The translations under genes were made by a program, and so were the position numbers. A DNA stretch of 63,832 nucleotides, counting the filler, from Vannella sp. (lineage: Eukaryota): assembly GCA_023345925.1 (NCBI GenBank). It is 7 parts of 7 records of this genome, joined end to end, with 100 filler letters (N's around TTAATTAATTAA, not from the genome) between each part and the next. Parts side by side here need not be neighbours in the genome. Positions count along the whole stretch, not along the records: positions 1 to 8,279 come from JAJQQN010001161.1; positions 8,380 to 17,286 come from JAJQQN010001386.1; 5 more parts are not named here. The stretch is one strand, 5' to 3'. Of this stretch, positions 1 to 14,300 are shown one piece after another (the first letter of the stretch is position 1; every line of letters starts with the position of its first letter). Under the pieces are notes generated by a model. The model saw only the letters and a list, made by a program, of their open reading frames with translations. It was not told the DNA's origin and searched no databases.

Positions 1-1047
1 GTGGTTCCACCTCGTGCACTTGCGTCGTCCTGGGAGTTTACCGCTTTGCTGGTTAAGCCGCACACCTCCTACACTTCTATCACCAGCGGAGCTTGTCCGA
101 GGACAAGCAGGCATGGCCCACGTATCCAATCCGGCCTCCTTGCGCAAGAAGGAGGAAGCGGGTTCCCTAATTAAACCCCGTTTTTCCACAAAAATAAATA
201 AATTCGTATGTTCATGTTTGAGAGACACTGATGGTCTTTTGCGTGTCTTCGGAGCAACACCGATGCCCAAGAAAGTAAATCGGTCAAGTTGGAGGTGCAA
301 AATCGCTTGAGAACGCATCCCCTTGAAAAGGTCTCACCCAGGAGCAGAATGGCGATTCTAGCGTAACAGGCGGGGTGTCCCTTTGACGAAGCCTCTCTCT
401 GAGGTGCTGTCTTCAAACGAAACCCCGGATTTAAACCGGTTATGAACAGGCTCAGAGGATTGCAGGACGAAATGTCCTATAAGAGAGATTCCTAGCTGGG
501 AACAGGACCGAAGTCCAGCTTCTGGGGATAGCCAGGGGACAATTAACGTTAACAACTCCTGGCTCACAGGTTAAGAGGACACATCGTCACTATCTCTACT
601 CCTTGGTCAAGTCCCTCCCTGTCAAGAGTGTATCTGGTGACTTAATCACAAAAGCTGAGCTTTGTATCGAAACACGCAAAGTCCCTGGCGAGCTGCGCCC
701 CTTCACCGGCATCCACCTTTCGGTGCCGAACCTCTGATGGAGGGCAAGGCTAGTGAGGATTCAAGTGGGAGAAAGACCTAGACTCCCCTGTGGGTAAAGC
801 TGACCGAATGGGTTCGATCAGAATGGGCCAAACGCCAGGACATTTGCTTCTCATCCCGGATTGTGCCACCGCTGGAGGACAATTTCCCACCCCTTCCTGG
901 AGGTTGAATCATTCCTCCAGAGTTTACTCAATTAAACGCCAGAGAGTCAGCCCGATCGAGTTGACTTTCTTTTAGTGGGGCAGTTCGTGCATGAAACCAT
1001 CGAGAAGAACCACAGAGGAATGAAGGGCGGTACATCAAGAAGATTGA

Positions 1048-1689
1048 TCACTCTGATTCCTTTTTGGCAAAGCAGCAGAGCAGTTTTTCTGGAAGAACTG
1101 TCGCCGGGAGAGACAGTCCTCGCTTTAGGCAAAACAAATTGAGCTGCATGGCCGAAACCAGAGGTCCAGAGATATCGCGTTTTCTCACTTCCAAGGTTTG
1201 GGAGAGGTAGACGACGATGTACCGGTTGGGCTTCTCCACTGCAGTGAAGAATACTCCTGCTGCTTTAACATTACGCCGGAGCAGCTGTGCACAAAGAAAC
1301 TCAGAGAACTCTCCCCAAAAGTAGGGAACTTCGAAGTGTTCGTTCCTTCGGTTGGACAGGTTCTGTCCCATGTCGATGCGGGAGCCCTTCTTGGGCAATT
1401 TGTGACCCCAGCCAAGCAAACGGAGGGACTTGGCAACCTCCGTGGCGTTGCCTTCTTCCCGGACAAGGAGGATTCGAAGCATTTTGAGAGGAAACGTGGG
1501 GAACATGTGTTGGAGGATCCCAAGATCAATCTGTAAAGTGTCACAGGGATTAGCCATCTCATCTACCTTGTCGATACTCAGAAAGCCCATTGCCACAGCT
1601 GGGGAGGAAGAATGGACCGGGAAAAGATGCGAATCTGACGTCCCACTTCCCTCTCCTGGCGAAGAGATGGAGCGGAACAAGTGCAACAT
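1048..1689 (-). CDS. Hypothetical protein with a CUE-like segment and a possible degenerate SH2-like segment
   Basis: ORF 1048-1854, first ATG at 1689. LQHMFPTFPLKMLRILLVREEGNATEVAKSL resembles CUE (MFP motif). Start uncertain. Confidence 0.45.
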   Translation of the reverse strand: MLHLFRSISSPGEGSGTSDSHLFPVHSSSPAVAMGFLSIDKVDEMANPCDTLQIDLGILQHMFPTFPLKMLRILLVREEGNATEVAKSLRLLGWGHKLPKKGSRIDMGQNLSNRRNEHFEVPYFWGEFSEFLCAQLLRRNVKAAGVFFTAVEKPNRYIVVYLSQTLEVRKRDISGPLVSAMQLNLFCLKRGLSLPATVLPEKLLCCFAKKESE

Positions 1690-2014
1690 AACCCTACTGT
1701 TTGGTTTCTGATGCAGTGCAGGCTCAGAACTGGTCGGAGAGAGAAGAGCATGAGGGCTTGACTGTGAGAGAGTACGGGAGCAATGAATCCTCCCAATCTC
1801 CCCACCAGCAGCTGGCTTTCGTTGTCGGATTCGCTCGAAGGGAGAGAAGAGCATACCAGCGAAGAGCGAACAATAGAGAAAGGAGGTTTCTATGAATGGG
1901 CGTTACGTTACGTTCGAAAACGGCAGATTATGTGAAAAATCTTAAAGTAGTTTATGGCAATCAGAGGGGCGTTTGCGGTCGAGTGCGATTTGGATAGTAA
2001 CTAGTCTCTTTCCC

Positions 2015-5000
2015 TCACAGAGAGGCTTGGTACTTGGTAAAATGCTCTTCCATCTTGGTTTCGGTGTCGAGATATCCCTGAATCAGATTGGCTTGGAACG
2101 CTGAGTCATTATCAGACTCGCACATGGATTCGTGCTTGTCCATGCCAATTTTACAGGCCCGCAAGAACTCTTGAAGTGCGGAGCGTAATTGGAGTAGTTG
2201 GGGCTTGTCCCATTCATCAGCGCGGTCTAAGAAGAATACTCGAGAGTATTCCAGTGGCCCTGCTTGCACCTCTGCAGTGGTGTTAGATGTGGCACCTCAC
2301 AATTAGAGAGTACATACGAAGGCAGACGCTCCCTGACAGGACCGGCTGAAGAGTCTTAAGAGAAGGGCTCTGAGCAGTTGCTTCCCTAATGATGCGCGCT
2401 GCTTGTTTCTTGACCTCTTCAATGGTGTGTAGAAGAGGGTTCAGCTCTATCTGCTTCTTGTTGGCCACACGAAGGCGAGTTCTGACATATGGGAAATGGT
2501 GTTCTGCCTCCAACACAGTCTTTCTAATGAATTGATCCGCTACTGACTCTGTTCGAGCCTTCCCTGCTTTGGTAAAAGGTGTCACATAAATGAATCGCTC
2601 TACAGCAACATTAGGGCAACGTTTGATCAATGAGCGAGCTTACTGATATTGATCTTTTGTGCGTAAGACGTCTTTCTGGACTCAAGCTCAGTTGGATCAA
2701 AGTAAGCATCAACGCTGGTGATTTGAATGTAGGCAAGTGCCGGGTCCAGCTCTTCTCGAACGACATCGTTGGAATGAACGATAATCTTGGGCTCTGCTGA
2801 GAGTTTCTCTTTGTAGAGTTTGATTAAGCGGTCCTTCACTTCGACCAGCTTTGTGATTTTAGGCTCTTTGTAAATGTACTCAGCCCCATCCATCTCCTCA
2901 AAGGCACTGCCATAAAATCCCACTCGATAGTAACTTCCTAACATTCGCCTTTCCGTAGCCATCTAAGTGCATGTGAGTCCCAAGGAATCACTCATATCTA
3001 TATGGAAGAACTTACACAATCCACAATGTTGCCAAAGATCTGGCTCATGTGGAGATGAGAGCTTTGGAGCTGTTCAAACTGCAGATTCTTCTCATGAAGG
3101 GGTAAGATGAGCTTGTAAACATCTGCAGCTGTCTCGAAAAGATCGCCAGCTTCCAGTTCAGCAATTGCGTGAATGAGGAAACTGTGCATCTTCTCCTCAG
3201 TGAACACACCCGACTCGTCACTATCTCCTGATATGACTGAAGTGTCTCGGATGGTGGTCTCTTCCAAGATATTGGGCGAAACCAACATAAATGCCGCACA
3301 TCCATTGGGGCGCCCTGGGATGGGCTGAACAATGTTCAAGTACTCGGCAATCATGGCTGCGATGTGTAGATTGCACATTGCTGATTCTGCGAAGCGCCCA
3401 CGACGAGAATGAAAGCTGCCAAGACTCTCAAGCCAGGTGATGCGGAGGCTAGGTGCGTTAACATAACCATTTGCCAGCCGGTGATAAAGATCTCCCATCA
3501 TTTCAGGGTCGTCAGAGAGTGAGGAAATCTTCATGTTGTCTTCAAGAACAGTGAAGAGCCGTTCAAGCAGTGTTTGAACATGAGTAGCAAGTGCCTTCGG
3601 TGTTCGGGGCAACTGAGCGTACCCAAGGACAGCTGAGAGTGAACTTTTTAAGTACGAATCGGTCTGGCCTTTCAGTCCTCTGCCGACCAAGCGAGAGACT
3701 GCCACAGTAATGTGGACAGCAATTCGTTGGAACTGATCAGGGTATAAGCTAAAGTGTTTTTGCATAAGCAAAAACAGTAACGCACTGGCCTGTTGGCGAA
3801 TGGATTCGTCAGAAGAGTTGCAATAGTTCATCACATGGAAGCAGATCTGCCCCAAAAAGGTGCTATCTTTGAAGAGAACAAGCCCGAACTTCTCGACAAA
3901 GAAGCGCAGAAAGGCAAAGAAGTCCTGGAGGAAGTCAATGCTTTGCCTGTTCATAAGGACCGTTACAATGAAGAGAGAGACTTTCTCAAAGAGCTGCTGG
4001 TTGCAATCTTCGACTGGGAGCATGTCAAGATAGTCCCGAATGACCTCAGTTAAGGTGTACATGGCTTCGCTGGACAGGTTGGCCTCCATGGTTTCATTGT
4101 ACTTGGGTCCCGTTGCCATATCTTTGGTTGCTGTATTCCCCCGATTTAACGTTCTTCCACGGAAGGCGCGTTCTTGGCCAACGGGAGCACCTTCTGCTTC
4201 CTGAGTTGCTTTCGCATCAGCGCGTTGTTGTCTGAATGTTGTTCGCTTAGGAACTCCTCCTGCAGAATAGAAAGACTCGATGCTTTCCTTCATTGCTGCA
4301 GAGGACTTGACCTCGGAAGACTCAGTCATTCGCTCTTTCCATTCCCATTCCTCCATAAATTGGAAAGTACGAATGCACGAAGCCACAGACTGGAAGAACC
4401 GCTTCATGTCACCAATGCTCTGTCGCTTGAACCATTGGCGAAGGATACCACGCTCAGTGTGCTTCAAAAGGAACAAGAAGCACACCATGAAATCCCTCTG
4501 TTCCTCAAGAACGGTGTCCTCAGCGATTGGATGATCAATGATGATGCTGAGGAGAGGGAAGAACACAGAGAAGGCGGGAGACTGCTTCTCCTTCTTCCCT
4601 GTGAGTGTCAAGTCAAAGCTAAAGAAAGCTCTTCTGGCAACATCCAAAGCTTGAATACGAGTGGATTTGTTCTCTTGCTGCAAGTATTGGCCAAGGTCTC
4701 GTACAAGCAATGCAGCAAAGTGATGGTGCTGCAGGAAGTATCCCATCACTTCAGAGGATGGCGGGAGAGTCATGGAAGAAGAGCGTGGAAGATTAAGAAC
4801 GAGGAAATGCTCATTTTCGAGCAAGACTCTCATGAACTCGAATTTGAACTCGCTAAGGACGTTGTTCTCTTGTGCTTCTGAACTGCTCACTTCATGGAGG
4901 AACAGATAAACGGCTTGCAATACCACCCCGCGATCCGCAACCGCAAACAAATCGTTGAAGAAAGCTGCGATGTTACGGGAGAGGTCTTTGCACACAGTCA

Positions 5001-7608
5001 ACGCAGATTTGCAACGTTGGCAAATCTCCCAGGCCAAGACTGCGACTAGCCCTCGCACATCTGTAGCAAATTGGTCCGAAAAACGTCCTTTTCGAGTACT
5101 CTCGTCACTGAGTTCGCCTGTGTTGTAGATTTTGAGCACCATTGACTTGAAAATGATCTTAAAGAAGAAAGAGGAGAACTTCAGAAGAACCTCGCAGTCA
5201 ATTGATGCCTCTCGCACATACAAGAGCCACTCCTTCACCAAGATGTCATGAACATAGTGGCCTTTCTCGTTGGCTTCGCAGAGATCAAAGGTGTTATCTG
5301 AATAGGCGCGGAGGAGAGCTTGAGTGTTTGTTGGCCCAGCATTCTCTAGAACTCCCACAATAAGCTCCGGAATAACAGAAAAGACCTGCGTCGCATGAGT
5401 TTCGCTGACTGTCAGAAGCTGAAGAATGTAGTGAAGAAGAACAGGAAAGAATTTGATGAGACGAGCCGGATGGGCCTTCATCAGTATCTCCAACGGCTTC
5501 ATTGCCAGGTCCATCTTGGTGGACGAAGAAACAGGGCGCATCCGCCGGAGTACGTTATTCATGTGAATGTCCTGCGTGTAGATGGTCGATTGCATCTTTG
5601 TTCGGACAGTCAGAAGCCCCTTCCCGCCATCCAGAGGCTTCAAGTCCATCGGGTCCGAGAGATACATTGAGTTTGGTGGCTCCACATAAATAGGGAGAGT
5701 CTCCTTGCTCACTACCCGGTCACTGGGATAAATAGCCCAGAAGGAGTACCCGATGGGCTGCATCACAGCGTTGCTGCCCTTTGTAGTAGCTTTTGTCGTA
5801 CTTGACTGAAGATTCACTTGGAAGAAGGTAAAGACCAAATGGTGCGTTGCGTGGAGGACTGGAGGCAACTGGATTTTGATTTCCGTGTAGAACGAAGGTG
5901 CCTTATTGTGATACACCACAGGGGTTAGTACACTGGGAATGAAGGTATTCTGACCCGGAGAGTAGAGGATAGGCAGCCCAGGCGCTGTGATATCCTCGTC
6001 AGAATCGAGAAGCTTCACTTCAATAGCAATGTCTTTGGCAGAGGGAGTTCCAGTGCGCGAGCTTAAGTTGGCCATGTCGATGTAGAGGAACAAGTCGTTG
6101 ACATATTCACGATAGGGGGTCAGAACAGGAGCCAGAGGGAACTCCTGAATCTCGCGGAAGACAGCGCGGTCTGATACGGGCTTGACAGGCACTAAGGAGG
6201 GCGACAGTCTGCCTGGCACAGTATCTGCAGGTGGCACAACTTTCAAGCGGATGACGCAGCGCCCTGGGAGAGACTTGTACTTCTTGGAGCTGCCTTTCCC
6301 CTCCGAATGGGTGGTGATGAGCGAGACATCCGAGATGTCTTGCTCTCGTGTGCGGTAGATCGGTTTGAAGATGATTTGATCAGGAATAGCGTTCTCTTCG
6401 TTCATGAGAGGTACTGCAGCCCACCCAAACGGCTGCCAAACGTTGTACCTTGAAGCGGCAGCAGCGGCCGCGGCCACGTACTTCTCCTTCTCCTTGGCCT
6501 TGATCGTATCGTGCTTCAGGTAAGGCTCAGCAACTGTATCTACGTCTCCCTGAAGTATCTTCTCAATGCGGAGGACGAAGAAGATGTCTGGCGACGACTG
6601 AGAGAAGCGGAAGACCGCTGGAGCGGCCTCTGGCAAGCCTAAGCGGCCTTCTTCAGAGAGCATCGCGAGCTGCTGACGGTCGTTGCAATGGAAGTAGTAG
6701 GTCTCTGAGATCCGCTTCTTCTTGGCGAAGTTGTAGAGCGTCAGGCTGCCTCGGAAGGGTTCCACTGCTCCCAGGTCAAAAGAGATCTCTGCTGGCTCCA
6801 CGATGAACTCTGTAGTCTCTGCTTCCTGGTATGTGGGATACAAGCGGTCTAGTGGCTTCGGTGGAAGGTACTTCTGAGCGCCAGTGAAGGTGTGGGACAA
6901 GGGGACCCGATGCTTCTCCTATTAGCTTTGTTAGAAGGCTCCATAGACCAGTGGATAGCGTACAGTAGTAGGACGTAGCTTGCCACACTCCTTGATGAGG
7001 GTCTGGTCCACGGGAACTTGGGGAACCACCACGGGAACGGACGGGGCGTTCTCTTCCACGTCTTCCTCGAGTGAAGTGGGAGCGAGGCTTGTCACAGTAC
7101 ACAGAACCTTGGGTGGGAGAGAAGCCTCTAGACGTGTCTGAAGCTTACGGTCCTGAACGGGGATACTCGACGCCAGAGTTCTGCTGATGCGGGTCTCATT
7201 GGCTGTGAAGAACTCGACAGTCTGCTGGATGTATGGCTTTACACCACGTGTTTTCGCTTTTTGGAGCTCTGGAGGGACTGGGCTTTGAGCGTAGCGACTC
7301 TGTTGGGGAGCAACTTCGATGAGAATGTCATTCGCAGGCCATTCCCAGGCCGAAGCGCCCTTCTCTTGCTTCCTCCAGGCTTGGTAGTTATCTTCGAATG
7401 GGTAACGCGGGTTCTCCTTCAACTACGCCCAAGTTAGCCCTCCTCACCACCCAAAAAGCCGGTTTCTGCTCACAAAGGATTCGAACAACTCCGCTGGTAT
7501 CTTCGTCAACCCTGCCTTCTTCCCCGTCCCTGGTCGCCCTGCAGGCCCGTCCTCTTCTGCAGTCGACTCTCGCCGGCGTATGCTCCAGCTCCGCTTCATT
7601 CCAGACAT
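2015..7608 (-). CDS. DOCK-family (DOCK-C/D, zizimin-like) Rho GEF with C2-DHR1 and DHR2 domains, 6 exons
   Basis: DHR1 YHNKAPSFYTEIKIQLP..HHLVFTF; DHR2 YYRVGFYG..EYIYKEP, YIQITSV, LQPVLSGSV..QVQAGP. In-frame GT-AG introns at 7423-7473, 6919-6963, 2963-3015, 2600-2643, 2272-2317. Confidence 0.93.
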
Positions 7609-7641
7609 GTCTGGCCAGAACCAGACGCGAAGGACTGACCG

Positions 7642-7690
7642 AAACCCTAACCCCAAAAATGCCCCATCTCACCAACCCTAAACCCTAACC
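7642..7690. promoter_or_regulatory. Telo-box-like AAACCCTA motifs in the bidirectional promoter between DOCK and enoyl-CoA hydratase
   Basis: AAACCCTAA at 7642-7650 and AACCCTAAACCCTAACC at 7674-7690, between divergent ATGs at 7608 and 7703. Confidence 0.55.
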
Positions 7691-7702
7691 GGGCATTGTG
7701 TA

Positions 7703-8279
7703 ATGGCCCTGTCGCGAGCGAACCGAATCCTTCACCAGATACAACCTGCAGAGATTGACAACTCTGACTTTGCCTTCTTCCATGAGTTGCGAGTGACAGT
7801 GGTGGAGACACGCATCGGTGTGATCACTCTGGATCGACCTAAAGTGCTCAATGCACTCGCCCCAACGCTCATCTCGGAGCTGCGTACGGCTCTCTTTGTT
7901 TTGGACCAGCACAAAGACATAGCAGTTATCATCCTTACAGGAGGACCAAAGGCCTTCGCAGCAGGAGCAGACATCTCACAAATGGCAACGCAATCCCTCG
8001 CGGACGTGCGCAACCCCAACCACTTTGTAGACGCTCTCGCTTGCCTCACAGAAGACATCAGTAAGCCTATCATTGCTGCAGTAGCAGGATACGCTCTGGG
8101 AGGAGGCTGTGAGCTCATGATGATGTGCGACATTGCCATTGCCGCCGACAATGCGCAGTTTGGTCAACCAGAGATCAAGATTGGGACCATTCCTGGGGCA
8201 GGGGGTACGCAACGACTAGTGAGAGCGATTGGAAAGGCCAAGGCCATGGAGATGGTACTGACAGGCAGCACGATGAACG
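7703..8279 (+). CDS. Enoyl-CoA hydratase (crotonase, ECHS1-like), 3' truncated by contig end
   Basis: KAFAAGADI, ALGGGCEL, FGQPEIKIGTIPGAGGTQRL; N-terminus resembles a mitochondrial presequence. Confidence 0.93.
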
Positions 8280-8379
8280 NNNNNNNNNNNNNNNNNNNNN
8301 NNNNNNNNNNNNNNNNNNNNNNNTTAATTAATTAANNNNNNNNNNNNNNNNNNNNNNNNNNNNNNNNNNNNNNNNNNNN
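8280..8379. other. Artificial contig linker
   Basis: N44-TTAATTAATTAA-N44, with stops in all six frames. Confidence 0.98.
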
Positions 8380-11300
8380 GAGAGTCTCACTGACAGGGTC
8401 GGACTCGGATTTTCGGAAGCTATCAGTCCATCTAGAGACATGGAAGGTGTTGAGCTCCTTGTTTCACTTGGGACAAGAGACTCTGGAGATGTAGAGCTGG
8501 AAGAGGAAAGGGAAGGAGAAATGCTAGCAGTGATGGAGGAAGTATAGCTTCTTGATGCGGATAGAGAAGGAGTGCCTGTGCTGCTGTCGGAATTCGTGGA
8601 GGAGGGAGACGCGCCAATAGTCAAACTGGCAGTGACTGAAAGCGATTGTGACGGCGAACTGGACGGAGAACTTGAGGTACTACGAGATGGACTGGTTGAC
8701 ATTGAGTTTGTGACCGAAGATGAAGAGCTTGGAGTCGTAGTGGGGGATGGTGTGCGGCTGCCAGACGCTGATGGTAACGATTGCAAGAGAATCGAGAATT
8801 CCCCTTCTCCAACATCGTATCCCAACACTGCAAGAGTCAGAATGGTGTCGCTGCTGTAACTTACTGAATAGGTGAGATTGGATCCTCGTCTGGGTAAGTT
8901 ATCATCCGATGATATCAAACATGTCAGGTTATTGCAAGCTCCTTCATAGAGCCAGAGAACAGTGTCAAACAAAGGTGGAGATGTGGGTAAATCTGTGGTG
9001 ACGACCAGAGAACCTTCCCTTCCTCCAGGGATGGTGATATTGAAGAACACAACAAGTGAATTATGATTCAGTTGGTCGCATGCAGGAAGAGACCGAGCGT
9101 TAGTGATCGAATTCGTTGTGCGGCCCGGAGATACTATCCCTTCTACTAATGTCTGTGCTGTGAAGCATTGGGAGTTGCTGGGCGGTGGCGCACTTTCGAG
9201 GACTCGCAGTTCGACTCTTCCCGCCCTCTGATCCACACTTCGGACAGCCACCATGTATTCTGTTCCTATGACAAGATTACTACTGTAAAGGAGGCTACAG
9301 CCGCTGGTCTCTTGAGTCAATATACACTCCCAAGCGCCCGCTTCCAGCTTTTTCCACACAGCCAGGAAAGTGTCCAAGTCTGTTCCGAGCTCACAAGAAC
9401 TGAAGACAAGTTTTGAGTTGGAGATATTCGTCTTGTAGAACCCGTACTCGGCTGGAAGGTCTAATCCCATCACTCCACACGGCGGCAGACCGAATGTGGA
9501 ACTGGAATTTGGAGAGATTTGGGGATTGACAAAGAGAGGAAGCGGCTTTCCATTGGAGATTGGTCGAAGGAACGGATTTCTCCCTGCAGGGTCGAATTCT
9601 TCTGCAAACAGAGAAAAGCCTTCTGCAAAAGCTTGGCCATTCTCATAGAGAACGGGATATCCTAGACTTCCGCTTTTAGGTTTAATCCCAAAGGAATTGA
9701 CGGCTTGGACAGCAATGTACAATGTGGTGAAGGCTGGATCCAGTGCAGGACCAAAGAGATGAACCTCCCCCTGCCCAAAGCAAGCTGAGTTGTCGGATGC
9801 CAAACAGACTAATTGTCCGTTCTTTTTTCCATAAACCGTCAAGATAGTCTGCCCAGTATGAAGTGCATTATCACAGGTACTGAAAATCAAAGTGGAGTCC
9901 AGGTCGCTTCTATCAAAGGTGAAGAGCTCGACGGGCTGTTCAGAAAACTGGAATGGGCAAACAGGAAGACCAGATTTGCCAAGAAACTTTTTTCCTGCAG
10001 CTGATCCAACAATGGTTTCCCCACTTGCAATTCGGATTGTGGAGACCAGGGGCATAGCTTTTGGACCAGGTTGATCTTGATAGTAATACTCACTGGCCAG
10101 CTCTTGCACCAGAATACTGTATGGAGCAATATTTGGGATGTTCGCGTTAGCTGATGCTACCATGATGAGTTCTTGTCCTTTCTTCAATCTAGAGAGTGAG
10201 GAAGCCATAGTACTAATGGGTTCTCCTCTTAAGTAGTTCAAAGTCGTTGTCGAAATGTCAAGAGCTAAATTTTGGTAGCGGATCTGTTGTTTACTGAGAG
10301 AGACCAGTCCTTGGATGGCGTCTAAAACATAGATCTTAACGTTTACATTTGAAACTCCAGACAAAGTCACTCGAAGCTCCGGGAGACTCTCTTCCAAAAC
10401 ATAACGGAAGAAAGTCGGCCTGCTTCCAAAGTAAGTGTTTGTAAAACCCAGCTCCTGAGCAGAGAAGAATTGCTGATTGAAATTGATGAAACGAGCCACC
10501 TGCTTGTTTGCGAGAAGCGGTGCAGTTGTTAACTTTGTTGCAGGTTGGGCAAATGGGCCCTCGTGAACTTGGATTTCAAACGCGCCACTTCCTTGAACTG
10601 CAATAAAGATAACATCACCTGAGACTAGCCCTTCAACCAAAGAGAGAAAAGGTTTGCGGAGTTTTTGACAACTCAACGAGCCACAGCTTCCATTATACAC
10701 CGAGATAAGTATCGCTGGATAGTTATCACTCACTGCAGAGATATGAAGCGGTTTGTCACTGGAAGCAACGAAGCGGAACATCAACGCAGGGTCCCCTATC
10801 GAAAAACGGTCGTTGGGAGATGGGCATATTGTGATGTTACTAGCCTCAAGAGTATCCCCATATCCGCTAACGTATTCAAGGGTTGCTTGTTTTGGCACAC
10901 CTAGGACCAAGGTTTCGGCGGCAAAGCACAAATCTGCGTTTTCAAAGCTCACAAACTCGTCAATCTCGATCTCGAATGTGGTCATCTTATTGTTCCTAAA
11001 TAACAGCTGATAGACTGTGATTAAAATTTCAGTGCCAGCTGGAAGAGAAGCATTGAAGAATGGGTTAAAGTTTGGAGGCGGAACAAGGCAAGTAGTATTG
11101 CATCCGTTTCGGAGGTGGATGCTGAAGGGAAAGCTGACTGATGTGTCATCATTGGAAGATACAATGACTGAGATATAGAGAAGACTGTCAGGTATCGTTG
11201 TTTTGTATGTATACATGAGCGCTACCAAATCACTTGCACAATCGGCCAACATGTCACTTCCTAACCGTTGGGAGAAGCGGAAGTCTCCAACGGTTGGCTG

Positions 11301-14300
11301 ATTTAAAGACAAAGTAGCAGCCCGCTGACAGCGGTCATTAGCTGTGCTAATACGACTAATTGAGAGACTGAACAATCCGCGTTCCTCTTCTGTACTTCCT
11401 GAGATGGCAACAAATAGTTCAATGTCACTTAGCTCTGATAAAGTTACAAGTCCACGCGTTCCAAACGCACATTTGCCGGGAAATATATCAAATCCTATTG
11501 GAAGGCAACCTCGATTCAAACAAGATCCCGAGAAAGCAGAAACTTGTGCATTGAACTCAGTCAGGGATGAACAAGTGTTGATTTCAGTGAGCCCTCGGCC
11601 AATGTATCTGAAGAACATCACAGAACCGAATCCAGGAGGTACACAGAGCTGGTCTTTGATCGTTCCGAAGAAGTGCCTGCTTGTGTTGCCACTGATTGGA
11701 AGGGAGTGATGTACGAGCTCGGATTTTTCACAGACATCGTTGGACTCTATCACAGGAAGCTCCTCGACGGTAAGAGTGACAGAAGTCATTTGTCTGTTCT
11801 GCCACTCCGGTGTGTCCAGCAGAACCAAAAGGAGTCGGTCTTGACTGGTACTGCCGAATGTGACAAACTGTCCATCAGCAACGGATCCAAAGCATTCCGG
11901 GCCTCCTTCTCGGTCATTAAACAAGGCTACTTTGATCGTTGGGTCGGACAAGATGACCCACACTTTCTGATAGTCAAGCTGAGGAGAAAACGAGAGCATT
12001 TGCAGAAATACTGTAGCGTTGGAATAGCAATCCACAGGAAACCCATAATCTGACAAGACCTTAGGACCAGTAGTTCCTAATGTGATCTTTTCTCTTGTGT
12101 GGATCCGAAGTCCCAGCTGGCTGAGAGATGGCTGCTTCACTTGCAATGTGAACAAGCTGGCTTCATTGGGATTTACAGCACCCACATAAACCACGAAATC
12201 ACTAACAAGCAGGTTGAGGATGAAGCAAGGGCTTCCAAAGTTACCGATTGTGCTTGTGACACACGTTTGACAATTCTTGTCCGTAACGTCGATATAATAG
12301 GAATATGAGGGTTCTGCCGAGCATAGCTTGACCTCTGTTTTGGATGGATAGGAGCTGTTATGCCTGAATGTCAGTGGATAGAGGATGAGGGAGCAAGGGC
12401 TTGCGTTGCCCAGCAGAGCTTGAGACGGATCTCCTATGATGGGTCGATTGTTTACCAGTAATATTGCATTACTGCAATTGGTGTTGGTTGCTCGAGAGGC
12501 GATGGAAGTGCGGAGTTGGAAAGGTCCTGCCGAATTCTCAAAACCGTAGACCACCACAGTGAGGATGCTTCCTGCAGGAGTGCGAGGTGAGTCCAATTGA
12601 AGCCTTACTGTTGATCCTGTTCCACAGCCTGGAGAGTCGTCTTCCTCATTGAGACACTCTAAATAGCGACAGGTCCCTCTGAAGAGTGCCAGATAGGTGT
12701 CCATTCCTACACTCCCACAAGTACTAAACGTCACGGAGGCAACGTCTACCGGCACTTCAAATTGATAAAAAAGAGCCGGAGACTTGTAAGGGAGCCCACA
12801 AATAGGGAGATCAGATGCAAGCGTGAGAGATCCTCTCGTATCACCTGTCACTGTAGTTCCAGAAGTTATCATCTTGGCAGCAGAACAGTTGCTGTTAGCA
12901 GGATTTTGTGTGATTGTAAGAGGCTCTTTTTTCACAATAATCTGGAACTGTATCTCCTGAGGCTGCTCGGGAGCCGCCAGGATAATCAGAAGTTGGAACG
13001 GGTTTTCGTCAGCCGGAATGATTGTTAGAGGGTCAGAGCAATCAGTGTATCCTGAATTAAGGCAATTCAAGCTCCCACAACCATTTGAAGAGTTAAACAC
13101 TGAAATAGAAACATTCCCGCCTGTGTGGGAACCGCAGGTTTCGATCACATACTCGAATGGGCCTCCAGGAATGGTGATTCCGAAGTATTCCGCGTTCCAG
13201 CCAAGACCTACTCCTCCACAACTCGAATTAGTCACCAAAGTGCCTGAGAAATTGGTCAAAAGGCTCCCCTCGATGAGCTGACTGAATGCCAGGGGCGCAG
13301 GAACTTGACAAGATGAACCACCAAAGGCTTTTTCAGACACAGTCAGAGTAAATGGAGCAGCTCCTATGTTTGGAGTGAAGCGTGATTGGACACCGACGTA
13401 GAGGACTGTTCCAAAGGGGAACTGGTCCCCGAGATTGAATGAAAGACGGCCTTGTGTATCGCAGCCATTCATATTGGCTCCCAAACAGGTCAATGCGCTG
13501 CAATTGCCGGAAAAAAGGCTGACTGAAGTGATCTTTTTTGTTCGGTCACAGGTACTGATGTCCAGGCGAGCCAAAGGGTTATTCACAACATATCGGAAGA
13601 ACTCGATTGGATAATCAGATAGCAGTGCTGGAGAACAAGCCGGTATGTTTGTTAAAAGTCTCAGTAAATTAGTTCCGTCAGGGAGTCCATGCACTGGTCG
13701 GTTGGGAAAGAGAAGAGACGCATTTTCGCATGGCTCAAGATCTTTTTCTACTCCTCCATACTGATAGTCTGCAAGGGTTTCACTCACTTGGAGGAGAAAC
13801 TGCCCTTCTGCTCCATTCCCTCCCCCAATAACAAAGTACACATCAGAGCCTTGAGGGAAAACTGGATCAGGATTGTTGACTGGAGGAGCTTGGAATTCGA
13901 CTCGCGCTCCCATGTTTCCACAGGCGTTATCAACGAAACTATCTCCACGAAGAAGAAACGCTCCATCAAATACTTTCACCTGCACCTGAGTGGCCGATCC
14001 ACAAGTCGTGGCAAAGAGACCGCTCGCTTTCCCCTCTATTCGGAAGCGGAAAACAGCTACCCGCCCGGGAAGGTACGGACTTATGAGAGGCTCACTGTTG
14101 GGCGGGGATGTGGACGTGTTCCCGCTTATTGGGATGCCGTTTCGCAAGACAGTGGCACTAGAGAAGTTGTAGGCAGATTCGGTGAGGGAATACTCCGAAA
14201 AGACAAATTCAGCAATGCCAGTGGTTAATACCGCCACGTAAAACTCGGTCCCAGGGGCCACTGGTTCGATTATGGCCATGCAGGTTGAGACATTGCTTGC

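Noticed and set aside
1..1047. Short ORFs, possibly a degenerate element (similarly 47458-48600)
   Set aside because: No recognisable motif, repeat or consistent splice model; left unannotated.
6919..6990. Possible GC-AG intron in DOCK
   Set aside because: A canonical 45-nt GT-AG intron (6919-6963) restores the frame.
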